From the NCBI GenBank assembly GCA_001938485.1, contig MQRK01236233.1:15977-79426 (forward strand): 63,450 bases of DNA, in the 5' to 3' direction. Shown piece by piece: positions 12,388-24,748 of the stretch. The notes under the pieces were generated by a model. The model did not search any database and had not been told where the DNA came from. It was given only the letters and a program-made list of their open reading frames with translations. The stretch is from Girardia tigrina. Lineage: Eukaryota. The position numbers were made by a program, and so were the translations under genes. The first letter of the stretch is position 1; each line of letters begins with the position of its first letter.

Positions 12388-14641
12388 TGTGTGGAATATT
12401 TGAATGTTTGATGTTTTGTGTTTGAATGTGTATGTTGATTTGTAAATGTGTCTCTCCTACCCAGATGGATGATTAATATTTTAATTCTTATTATCTAAAA
12501 ATATTTAATGTTTAAATTTATTTTTAATTTCAAATAATTTTAAAATTTTAAATAAGTTTATTAATTTTTATAAAATTTAATAAATAAATCAAATTAATAT
12601 TTTTTAAATAATTAATTATCATTTTAATTATTAGCCAATAAGTTTTGAGTGAATATTTTATTAAAATATTTATTTCCCCATTTGCTAAAAAATAATGAGA
12701 ATTAATTCATTAATCAATTTCGCTTTGAATGCAAATGTACGAAAGTTTTGACAAAGATTGTCTTAAGGACAATCAAAATTGTTGTTTAAATAAAAATATA
12801 AAAAGTCAAATTGGTGTTCTTAATATGGCGACACACGACCACGTGACTCCGAATATCAAAGGTCCAGAAACATTCGACGGATCTGAGATAAAAGTGGAAG
12901 CATTTATAAAGAATTTCAACAGGTACGCGAAGATAATGTGATTTTCGGAGGAAAGGAAAATCCTTTTAGTCACGCCATACATGACACCGGAGGCAATAAT
13001 CAAATATGAAACAACGCCCGGTGAAACATGTGAAGAAAAATTAAGAGCAGCGTTCTCCAAGAAAAAAACCGTACTAGATATAATGAAAGAAATGTTAGAT
13101 TTGAGAATTGGCTCCAGCGATCCCACAATAATATTTAGAAAGGCAGACGAACTAATAGAGAAATTTGTAGAGAAAAAGCTAGGTAAGAAAGAACTATCGA
13201 ATTTAGTATACGCTAACTTGATAGATGATGATGATGTACAAAAACAAATAGCCATTCAAGTTATCACGAAATCTGATGAGATTGAAGAAATACCAACAAG
13301 AATGTTCGAACATGAGAAAAAGAAAAGAAATGCACCAGTGGCAGCATATAATACAAAAAGAGAAAATGAATGGAAAACAGTGGAAAATAAAAAGAGAACA
13401 ACAAGACCGCGGAATAGAGAAATTCTAGAAGATACAAGAAGAAATTTTAGAGTCAGGAAAATTACTTGTTGGGCATGTCATGAAGAAGGACATGTTAGAA
13501 GAGATTGTCCATGTAATCATTGCAATAAAAAAGGACACATAAGAACACAATGTTATGAAACCCCGAATAGGTTTAAGGAACGCGAGCAATGGAAACGGGA
13601 TAATGGAAGAAATCGATGGGAAAATGATAGGAAAAAATACTCGAATCAAAGATATAGAGACCGTCCGACGTACACAAATAGGAAATATTCAGTAGCGGAA
13701 TTGAACGAATTGGACGATGAATTGCATGAAGGAGATAACTCTTCAAGACGGGCTATACCGACGAAACCAATAGAAAAGAAGATTCTAAAAGACAGGAATA
13801 TCCCAGAGGTTACAGAAAATTCAGAGATGATCAGGGAAATGAGGATGCACGATCACAGGGAGAGGTGATCAGTGTGCTTCATTAGAAAGTCAATGCAGAT
13901 GTATGTTTGATTGTACATATGAATGTGTGTCTGATTGTATTTTTGATTGTATGTATAAAAATATTCCTCTAGAAATGTGTGAATTAGATAGTTTGAATAA
14001 AGAAAATAATGAAAAATGTGATAGCATGGATATTGAAAAAGAAAGAAAGGAGAGAAATATTACAACAGATATATTAAAAATAGCAAAGTTTGACATAAAT
14101 TATAAAAATTTGAAAGGACGGCCAAGTGTAGAATTTCGTATAAAAGATAAAAATGTACAGTGTATTTTAGATACAGAAGCCCGAGTGAATGTCATTAAAG
14201 CGGATTTAATCAAAAGTATGAAAAATATTCAGATTAGAGAAACAAGAAAGCGTATTCACTGTGCGAATGACTCAGAACTTGTAAACTATGGGACTGTACA
14301 ATTAAAGGTGATAATAGAAAGGGTACAGAAAACAATAGAGTTTTATGTTGTCAAAGAAATAGATCCGGAAATGATTGCTTGTATAGATTTTCTGGATAAA
14401 TTTGGAATAAAACTGAAGAAAGAAGCATCAAATATCGATAGCATATTGGCTATTAGAGATAGTCCTTCTGATGAAGATAGATTGAAAAGAATAAGAGAAT
14501 TGTACAATACTACAAGTGAAAATGAGCTAATGGAACTTTTAACAAAGTACAGATCAATATTCATGGCTGATAAATGGGATATTGGAAAAACTTTGTTAAC
14601 CAAACACAAGATAGAAACGCATGGAGAACCAGTACTGGTAA
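12388..14641 (+). mobile_element. Ty3/Gypsy LTR retrotransposon 5' half (LTR, gag with two CCHC knuckles, protease), truncated before RT
   Basis: LTR-like start TGTGTGGAATATT. Gag from about 12825 (PETFDG; CWACHEEGHVRRDC, CNHCNKKGHIRTQC). Protease CILDTEA (DTG mutated), then DKWDIGKT...HKIET. Confidence 0.88.
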
Positions 14642-15166
14642 AATATATCTTTATATCTTTATTTTATTTTTTATAATTTCATTTATTTATTTTTCTTAAT
14701 TTATGTTTTAAAATATAAAAATTATATCTGTTCTGAGTTTTTTATTTTTTAAAAAATGGAAATTATTTTCGGACAAAATGACTGTTTTTATGATTCATGT
14801 GTTGATTGAGCTGATTAATTCCTATTTGCATATGTATGATATTTGAAAGAACATTTCCCTCTCATTTCTATTGTTGGGCAAAACAGAATTGTATATACTA
14901 AAGTATTTTATCGTTATTTGTAGTTTTTTAATTATTGGATCAGTTTTAACATGGATCAAAAGTAACAGTTTCAGTTTTTCTATTTTATCTTTTTTACATA
15001 GTGTTTTGATTTTGTTTAAAATTTTCCCTGGAATTAAATTATCGTCTGCCGATCATTGCAAAAATGATGAAATATTTAAATCTTCAGTACTCTCAATTTT
15101 TTCTCTTAGTGATATTTGAATGGCTGTAACAAATGGAATGACAATCGAAAGTCGCTTTGCGGATTC

Positions 15167-15168
<2 letters not shown>

Positions 15169-15214
<46 letters not shown>

Positions 15215-15264
15215 NNNNNNNNNNNNNNNNNNNNNNNNNNNNNNNNNNNNNNNNNNNNNNNNNN

Positions 15265-15341
<77 letters not shown>
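15169..15341. repeat. (TA)n/(TG)n microsatellite spanning an assembly gap
   Basis: Seen directly in the sequence. Confidence 0.95.
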
Positions 15342-15342
<1 letters not shown>

Positions 15343-16223
15343 TTTTCTCGTGCTAATTATTTGAAAAGTTTGAAACATTTTGAAGATATGAATAGGATAA
15401 ATATCATTAAAGATTTAAATAATTTATATATTTCAAGAACATTAAATTAAAAATAGATTTTGATTTGAAAATAATCGAGCAAATCTTAAGAAATAATAAA
15501 TATAATATTTCAATTTAAAGATGTAAATTTAATTTTATCGATCGAAACTATTAAATTTCAATAAATATTTTGTGTTGTGAAATTTCTGATGATCATGATT
15601 TAATCAAATGTTATCATCACTTTTAAGAATAGATTTTCAAACGTCGTCACTTTTTTCAAATATTTATGTTTTTTAAGTTTTGAGTTTCTCTTTTCTTAAA
15701 TACTGCTTCACTTTTTCATAATGTAAAGGAAACAATGCATTAATACACTCTTGAAGTTCTATTTTTTATCAGTGGTAAAAGCATAACAAGGAGTTGGTTC
15801 TAAACTTCTATTTATTACATAGAAATTTGTGATCTTTTGTCCGAATGGCTTTTATTTATTTCGGCTTCGTTGAAATTTGAGAATTGGACATCGATTTTTA
15901 ATTAATTTTCAAAACATCTGACAAATTCTAATTATTAAAACAATTGCGTATTTTATTTAATGTAATTTGCAAATATTTTTGGGAGAGACAACATAAATCA
16001 ACATTCAAAACATCATACCAACCACAATCCATCAAAATCAACTTTAACTATCCTTTTACATCCGCACTAAATATTTTTATACAATAATATTTTTTCTTGC
16101 AAACTGGTCGACATTTTTTTACATTTATAAATTTTCGTATTAAATTATTTGTTACCATTTTTACTACAAATTAATAATTTTAGTTATAACTGAAATGCAT
16201 TTTTGATAAGATTTTCTTTACAG

Positions 16224-16493
16224 GTGAGTTGTTTAAAATATGGTTTGCTTCCAATTAGCCCAGAGGCTGTGGAGTTACTCGATGAATCCCCAGATTCAAT
16301 TTCTCGGGGTGTCAGATACCATGACTACTGGGGTTTAGCTATCAATAAAGATGAATGGCCAAGTTTAAAAGAAGATCTTGGACCCAACAGCAAAATTTTA
16401 TTTTTACGTAATCATGGTGTTGCAGTGTGTGGCAGTAATTGTATTGAAGCTTGGATTTTACTTAAAAGAGTTATAAATGCTTGCGAAAATCAG
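16224..16493 (+). CDS. ADD/hts: Adducin exon: VSCLKYGLLPISPEA...YHDYWG...LGPNSKILFLRNHG...ACENQ
   Basis: ttttctttacag acceptor and CAG|gtatat donor, 270 nt, phase 0/0. Matches adducin GLLPISPEA, YHDY-x-G and LRNHG motifs. Confidence 0.95.
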
Positions 16494-16879
16494 GTATATT
16501 AGTATTTTTTTAAAAATTATATTTTTGTTGATATACTTGGTTTGTTCAAGAAGTACCGACCTGAAAAGAGAAAATGTGTTTAAAGATTTTACATATTTTA
16601 TGAGAACATGTATTGATGGAATATCGATTTTGTTTTACTTCTTTCAATCTGTAGCCAAATGTTTTTGAAATTTCGTCTTAGTTATGATTTCAGAGGTCTA
16701 GTTCCACAATGTCAAGATACCCAATTGCTGACTACTGTCAAATATTGGGTGAGAGAGTTTTAAGATTAAAAGTTTATTCTTTATAAAGAAAGATACCATA
16801 CGAGAGAAATATTGAACTTCGTAGATTATAATTGTTTAAGTCCTAGTCTAGAGTGTCGAATATTATTTTTATCTATTAA

Positions 16880-18023
16880 CCACTTCTGTGATTTGCCCGA
16901 ATCCAGTTCTGGTAGGTATTTTGCTGACACAGTGATTTGCCCGAACTGGATTCGGGCAAATCATACACGAATCATACAATGCCTATAAAGATGAGGTAAA
17001 AGGATTACAAATTGTTATGCATCTGATGAAACCCATATTGCATTTAGGACATTGTCTTACCACAGACAACTTTTATACCTCACCGAGATTCGCAGATATT
17101 TTATTAAAACATTACACGGACACATTTGGCACAATGCGATTGAATAAAAAAGAGGTTCCAAAAGAATTTAAAAATAAAAAATTAAAGAAAGGAGAAATAA
17201 TAGCATAATAGAAGAAAAGTCTGCATTATGAAGTGGAAAGACAAAAAAGATATTACCTTGTTATCAACCATTCATAATGCAGAATTTATAGATATAGAAG
17301 AACAACAAAAAAAATCAAAGATTATAATAATTCAATGGGTGTTGTAGACAGGGTTGACCAACATCTAACAAATTATCCGATAATAAAAAAGCGTGGGAAA
17401 AAGTTTTATTATAAAATATTTTTGCATTTATTAGATCAAACGATATGGAATTCTTACGTTATTTATACGAAGCGGGGGGCATGAAAACCCACTTGCAGTT
17501 TCGATTGGATCTAATTGAAGAAATATTGGAGAAATATGCAACAACAGAAGAATATCTTGGACGTCAATCATACACACCACCGACATCGCGATTATTGGAA
17601 AGGCATTTTTTGGAATACATACCCCCAACGGCGAAAAGAGATAAATCTACTAGAGAGTGCAAGGTTTGTTGCTCGCGGAAGGACGCGAAAGACAAAAAAA
17701 TAAGAAGAGAATCCCGAACCTACTGCCCTGATTGTAATGTAGGGTTATGTCTGGAATGTTTCAAAATATTCCATACAAAAAAAGAATACTAATTTTTTAT
17801 GTAAGTTTCAGTTTTTAGGTAATGTTTGATTCAAATAAAATATGTTTGATGAAAATGAAACATTTTTTTTCCTTTGTCCTTTGATTTTTTTCTCTACTAA
17901 TATTATTTATTTATGTTGTATACCGATTTATTATATTTCAAAATATGATAAAAAACATAATAGTGAAAAAAAGGGTGGCTTTTTTTGACCCACTTTTTTC
18001 CAAGAGGTTGACCACAGAAGTGG
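16880..18023 (+). mobile_element. piggyBac element, internally deleted
   Basis: TTAA TSDs and TIR ccacttctgtg / cacagaagtgg. DNFYTSP, YNNSMGVVDRVDQ and a C-terminal CKVC...CPDCNVGLCLECFKIFH domain. Confidence 0.93.
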
Positions 18024-18119
18024 TTAATGTAATTATATGAGTTCTTTATATTAAAATAGTTATGTATATAAATAAATAATTTTCTGTTATTTATAAATTT
18101 ATATTTTTATTTATTTTTG

Positions 18120-18300
18120 CCATTCTTTATATTAGCTTACTTTATAGGTATGGAATTAGGAAACCTATTTTTGAAGGCTTTTTACTGAATCAATTTTCTC
18201 CAAAATTTGCACACTGACTCATTTTTGATGACAATAAATGATTATGTGAAAATTTGATAAAAAAAACTTTTTAAGTGTCCACAATGAGAAAAAACGGAAA
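18120..18300 (+). repeat. Interspersed repeat, inverted copy at about 38930-39095
   Basis: Shared tattagcttacttt...gaaacctatttttgaaggctttttact...tttgcacact...gatgacaataaatgattatgtgaaaattt. Confidence 0.65.
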
Positions 18301-21300
18301 ATTCCGAGTTCCATAACAATATTAATTGAAAAAGATTATGCGAAGGTTATGTGTGAAGCATTGTTGATCAAATCCTTTGATCCTAAAATCAATGTGCAAA
18401 CACCATCCTCTTCAACTTTATTGAAAGTATTTTCATGATTTAAATGACATAATTATTACTTAAACATTGCTTTGATATATAATAGTGAGTATATCATTGT
18501 TAATTTTAGTCTGATGATGACAGTTGATCCGTCAAAATTAATCACAATAAATTTTGACGGCCGTTTTTTGATTTCAAAAAATAATTTATCGTCATCTTTT
18601 AAAAATAATCAGAAATTTAATTAAAGAAAGCTTTCTGATTGCGGATCATGAAGTTTCAGATTAATGAATCAAATTTAACTGGAAACGTTCTAAAATTGAC
18701 GAAATAAATAATTTTTTCGGACTATGAAGTTTTCGGATTATTGAAGTTCGAACAAATGAGGGTTGAGTGTAGATATAAATATTGACATTTTCTTGATATT
18801 AATTTCCATCTTAGGTCGGGCATTTTTTGAACATACCGAGTACACTATATAATTCTTTGGAATAAGTAAAAATGATGTCGAAGTTATACAAGTACAAATT
18901 AACTGGTAAAATAGTTAATACCATTCTTATATTAGCTCACTTCATATATATATAAACCAGAAATTTGTTAAACTAATTTTTACCCTCTTCCCATAGTCCA
19001 CTTTACCTGAAATTTTGCCCAAGTGTGTAATTCCGAGGACAACACATGAATCGATTCACAATCAGGATGATTAATTAGTCATTTTTTTGTAAAAAAAACC
19101 AACCAAATTGCGATTGTCCAATAATTATCTTTTTTCTATAAATTAAATAGAAACGCAATAAATTCAAATTTGTATTTTTTTATTTGTCGTAAGACAACTA
19201 ATTTTTATAATTATGAATTTGCTGTATTTTTCGTAATTTTTGGATTTCTTATTAATTATAGTTTATTTGGTTACATCTTTGTCATGATGGATTTTCAAAA
19301 AACATTATTGGCTGTCTGAACTCAAGGTATTCCACTATTTTCTATAATTTTCTTGTGATAAAAACAACATTTTGGTAGGTTAAGTTGTGGAACGGCGCTT
19401 CGAAGACTTAATTATTCAAATCAGCAATCGGCACATAATTATACAATTAAAAACTTTGAGATTGACCAAACAGTTAGAAATTCCATCGTGATCAAACAGT
19501 TGCACCACACTAAAACAAATTAAAATGCTCTCCTTAATCTGCCGACCATTTTGTTACATAAACCAGCTTGATCGGATAACTAGTTGAAGTTGTAGACTCG
19601 AAATATCAACTCTAAATCGATTAAATTGTTGAAAATTACCCATATGTTAATCGATTTTCCAGGGACTTTTGTTTGAACAAGAAAGATTTTTTTGATTTAC
19701 TAGTTTTTAATTTTTTTTGGAAGATTTATAAAGATTTATAATTTAGAAAATTCTAAAAATAAAATTATGCATCACACAAATAAATCATGAATAAATAATA
19801 AAGTACGAAATTCGTAATATTAAAATTCTTTTATTTGTGTAATTGCCTTTTCAAAATGGTCACCGATTTAATCCTCTCTTCATTTGTATTCATTGAGATA
19901 ATCCTGCAATAATTCATGTTTAATTTTTCTTTATATAATTCAGTATGTTGGGTTTATATTCCATGTTCTTGATTAATAGTTTTATTTTTAGTTTATGAGT
20001 TACAATTTCAGGATTGTATCCCAGATGCGATTGAATGTTATACACGCTAAGGACGAAGTACCTTAACTATTATTAATCACAAATGATGTAGATTCATTTT
20101 GAACTATTTCTCATATTTGTTCGTGGCCCAACAAATAGCACTGAAAATAACTTGAATAAATTGGATTGATATAATACAAAAATTAATTTGCTATAATTAA
20201 CATAAAACTTTACAAGATAATTAATAAAAAATATTGGAATAAATTATTAATATTATTACAAAATTATTATACTATTTATTTTTTGGTATATTTTTACATT
20301 GGCCATGTATTTGAATATTCATTTTCATTTTACGTTTACATTTTAACTGAAACAAAATTGTTTTCTTAAAGAACCTTTTCGTTGGAAATCAGTACTTTTT
20401 ATCATTTATATATTAAAGAAGTAAATAATGGAATAAGAAATTTTATTATTCCAACACTTTCATCGAATATAAGACGCTTCAAAAAATCAGAAATAAACGC
20501 ACGTAAAAATGTGCGTCTTGTATTTGATGTAATACGGTTCTAAATATTTTGTCTTTATTTATTTGTCTTAATTTAAATTGTGTTCTATATATTATGAGTT
20601 GTATATTGTCAAGTGAAATGACATTATGATGTTACTTTCTTTTATTCTGTTATGCGTCTAAACTTATATTTTTATACGCATTTCTTTGTAAAATATTGAA
20701 AAATATTGAAATACAAAAATTTTTGTATTTGAGTAATCCTAAACAAGAACCTTAATTTTTTCTTAATAAAATTTTTTTATTTTGCATCTTCGTTTTAAGA
20801 ATCTGTTTGTGCTATTTGTCATTAATTTAATAGCTTAACTGATACGTATGACTAGACATAGTAAGTTCATTTTGTCATATATTTGGCACTTTATTGGCAG
20901 ACTTAACTCACTTAATCTGTTTCTACGTCATATTGATGTCACTAAGTTTTGTTGACAATAAGTCAATCAAAATAGTAATTCATTCGATCAAATATTTTAT
21001 GATATTTGGATACTCAATATTATTAATATTTTTTCCTGAAACACCTAAAGTTCTATTGGAGAGACTTCTCGTCATCTCTGTAAACGGATGCAGGAACATA
21101 AACGATTGGGTAATTGTAGGACATATGAAGTTTGTAGATTGGAGACGAAAACAACTAATTTGAAAATATTGTGCAGTAATTTTATAAATTATTAGGAGAG
21201 TCATTTGTGAGGTATTATTGATTAAATCACTTACATTAATGTCCACATTCACATTATAATCACATTAATGTCCAAACAAGTCTCTTCCGATTTGTTGAAA

Positions 21301-21639
21301 ATGAATTATTACGCAAGATGTTTGCATGTAATCTTCAATTTGCTATATATAAGACAGCAAAATTGTTGCTAATTAAGTCTGAAGATAGTGGAAGATCCAC
21401 CAAAATATATTGTGAGGAATATTTTAAACTGTTTGAATGTGCAAATGTATTGATGATGTATGTTGATTTAAGTATATTGAAGTTAGAATGGTGATTCTCC
21501 CACCCAGATAGAAATTGGTATTTTTTTATTAAATTTAAAGTGATTGACTATTCGAACATCATTATAATAACCATTCGATAAATTCATATTTTTTAATTTA
21601 ACAATTAAAATTAAATTTTAAAAAATGATGGCAACTTAT

Positions 21640-22017
21640 TTTTAAAAACAAAAATACGCCATTTGTTAAATATACATTTATTTTTCATGACAATTATGTC
21701 TCCAGCATTCTCCTTAGGATCTTCCGATGAACTTTGCGAATATCTTCTTTATGTAAGCATTCATGCAATTTTCTTTTGAATATAAACGAGGGGATAATAT
21801 TCTCGGCAACACAGGAAGCCAAAAAATATATATCCGATTCCTTTCTTCGTAACGAACACACTAATTTCAGATATTTCTTGAATGTAACCAGCGCATCAGG
21901 AAAATAATTATTCAAAAAATTAAAAAATGATGGCAAATTTTTTTGAGAATGCTGGAGACAGAATTGTCATGAAAAATAAATGTATATTTAACAAATGGCG
22001 TATTTTTGTTTTTAAAA
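21640..22017 (-). mobile_element. Penelope-like ORF N-terminus with about 73-bp inverted duplication
   Basis: ORF 21694..21936 SDIYFLASCVAENIIPSFI resembles the PLE N-terminal FL-x-x-C-x-x-x-x-IIP-x-F motif. Arms 21640-21712 and 21945-22017 are inverted with one mismatch. Confidence 0.6.
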
Positions 22018-22259
22018 TTAAATTTAATATTTTTTAGTAAAATTTAAATTAAATGCATTTTTAATTAATATTTTCTTAGAAGTTAAATATTTTAAAAAAT
22101 GACTTGGAAAAATTTTTCGAATAATCATGATTAAAGATGGAAATAAGAAAACCAATTAGAACGATGACAAACGATGAAAGACCTTCTGAGAGTTGTAATG
22201 ACTCTAAATGTGATTGTAATAAATATTCAAGTGAGACTTGTCTAAATGTTCTTAATATA

Positions 22260-23503
22260 CTAGGTTGGAGAAAAAGTAATCCATTATTTTAATTCATTGT
22301 TTATCGATCAAACAATTTCAAATTTATGCTCTTTGTCAAGGTAACATTTCACAGTAATTTCACAAAAAAATTTTTGCTTTTTTTATTCAGTTCTGAGTTA
22401 CAGGGTGTTAAAAATGGAAGTCAACAAAAGAAAAAATTCGATACATTTTACAGTTTTTATTCGATAAAGGTGAAAATGCAAGCCAGGCGACTGTTATTGT
22501 GAATGTTGTTTATGGTGCCAATACTGTAACAGCTAATTACACGCAATTTTGGTTTCGTCGATTCCGTGGAGGTATTTTTAAAGATGCACCTCGCACAGGC
22601 AGGCCTATCGTTGAAAATGTCAATAAAATCTCGGCAATGATTGAAGTTGACCGGCATGTTAGTAGTCGTAGCATCGCACAGGAGCTGAAGAACGACCACA
22701 AAACGGTTTTAAACCATTTGGGCAAAGCAGAATTCAAAAAGAAACTTGATGTGTGGGATCCACACCAATTAACACCAAAAAACATGATGGATCGAATTTC
22801 CATTTGCGAAGCCTTGGCCAAACGAAATGAAATCGACCCATTTATTAAACGGATGGTTACTGGGGATGAGAAATGGGTCACATACGACAATATTGTACGA
22901 AAACGATCGTGGTCAAAGCACGGTGAAGCACCTCAAACGGTCGCCAAACCAGGACTAACGGCCAGGAAGGTTCTATTGTATATTTGGTGGGACTGGAAAG
23001 GAATCATTTATCATGAGTAGCTTCCGTATGGTCAAACACTAAATTCAGATCTGTACTGTCAACAACTGGACCGTTTTAAGATAGCAATTGATGAGAAACG
23101 ACCAGAATTGGCCAACAGAAGAGGTGTTGTGTTCCATCACGACAACGCCAGACCACATACGCCTGTAGTGACTCGCCAGAAACTCAGGGAGCTTGGTTGG
23201 GACGTTTTAATGCATCCACCATATAGTCCGGACCTGGCAACAAGCGATTACCACCTTTTTCTAGCATTGCAAAATTTCCTGAGTGATAAGAAATTGGGAT
23301 CAATAGAAGATTGTGAAAATCGATTACTACAGTTTTTCGCCAATAAGGATCAAGACTTCTACGAGAGAGGCATTATGAAACTACCTTCAAAATGGCAACT
23401 AATTATACAACAAAACGGTGCATATTTGACTCCAATCCGAGACATGTTAAATAAAGTTTTGAATTTTACGCCGAAACGATGGATTTCTTTTTCCCCAACC
23501 TAA
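22260..23503 (+). mobile_element. Near full-length mariner (mellifera-subfamily-like), one frameshift and one stop
   Basis: TIRs (c)taggttggagaaaaagtaatccat / atggatttctttttccccaacctaa flanked by TA. WFRRFR, TGDEKWV, HDNARPH and HPPYSPDLATSDY motifs. TAG at 23018-20. Confidence 0.95.
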
Positions 23504-23650
23504 TATATTGCGACAATAAAATTTAATTTTTTGAAGAACGTTATTGATTTTCATAATGCACAAAATTTCCATTTAGCCAATGTAAGTAAAATTAATTGTA
23601 ATTCTAATATTATAATTATTTATTTATCAAATTTAATAACATAATTGTAG

Positions 23651-23979
23651 GTTCGATTATTACAAACAAAGGGTGAAGAAGGTTTACTGGCCATGAATTT
23701 TAAAAATTATGAAAAAGCAGCGTATCAGGCTGGGAGTGAAGAAGAGACGTCATTAAAATCTCATAGAATAACATCTGCAGAATTGGAATTTGAGGCTATG
23801 ATGCGTATGCTCGATAATGCGGGTTATAAAACGGGTTACGTTTATTGCCATGGAAATTTGTTACGTAAAGGATGTGGGAGTAATTATCCTAACGATGATA
23901 TACAACTAGATTCGACTCTAGCCAATATAACAGATTTGAGTTTAGACGGTTCAAATATGAATGGTACCAATCCAAATAA
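23651..23979 (+). CDS. ADD/hts: Adducin exon (neck region): VRLLQTKG...ELEFEAMMRMLDNAGYKTGYVY...
   Basis: tgtag acceptor and AA|gtaaat donor. Matches adducin E-x-EFEALMRMLDN-x-GYRTGY. Phase 0/2. Confidence 0.93.
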
Positions 23980-24748
23980 GTAAATATTAATATTATTGTT
24001 GTCAGTTATTTATTTATTTTTGACATGTTGTCTTATGAAATGATTAACTTCATGAGATAGACAAAATCATTTATGATAATTTGAAATCTACATACGCAAA
24101 TAGAATAGATTTAATTTCCAGATTTTAAATCGAGTAAAGTTATTTATATCTAGGATTAATTGATGTGAAATTCAGAAAATTAAATTAAAAGGGTGAGTTT
24201 CATAAGATTTCAACATATAAATTATTTTTTTTCATTTACTTTGTCATAAATTGATTTTGGACACAAACTGGTTGTATTATTACATTTTCAGTGTGATGAA
24301 ATATAAATTAAGTACTACTAATAAAGTTGAAAATTTGTTTATAAAAATGATGTTTATACTTAAAAACCGTATCATATTTTTCAACAAATGTTGCTTGATT
24401 CTAATGAACGATTGCAAACTAAATATGCAGTTCTTTGATTATGTTGAAGAGTATTTTAAATATTATAACTTAAAGGAAAATACATCTAGTACAGTGTTGT
24501 GCTTCGGTGGAACTGTAAAATTACAAATTCAACAAAACATTAATAATTAAATTAATTACTAAAATAAAAGTATTAACTTGTTTAAATAAAATGTTGAATG
24601 TAACTTTTTGCCATGTGTGAATGTGTCAGCCAACTGCGTAAAAATATAAATTGCTCAATCATTGTGCATTTCGATTTCTGCTTCACAATTTATCATATGA
24701 ATATGGAAAATATACATCCACGATCTTTCGTCATAACCGGTTGTCATT

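Noticed and set aside
15106-15450. IY-repeat ORFs (also 31803-32015)
   Set aside because: Translations of (TA)n microsatellites and N gaps.
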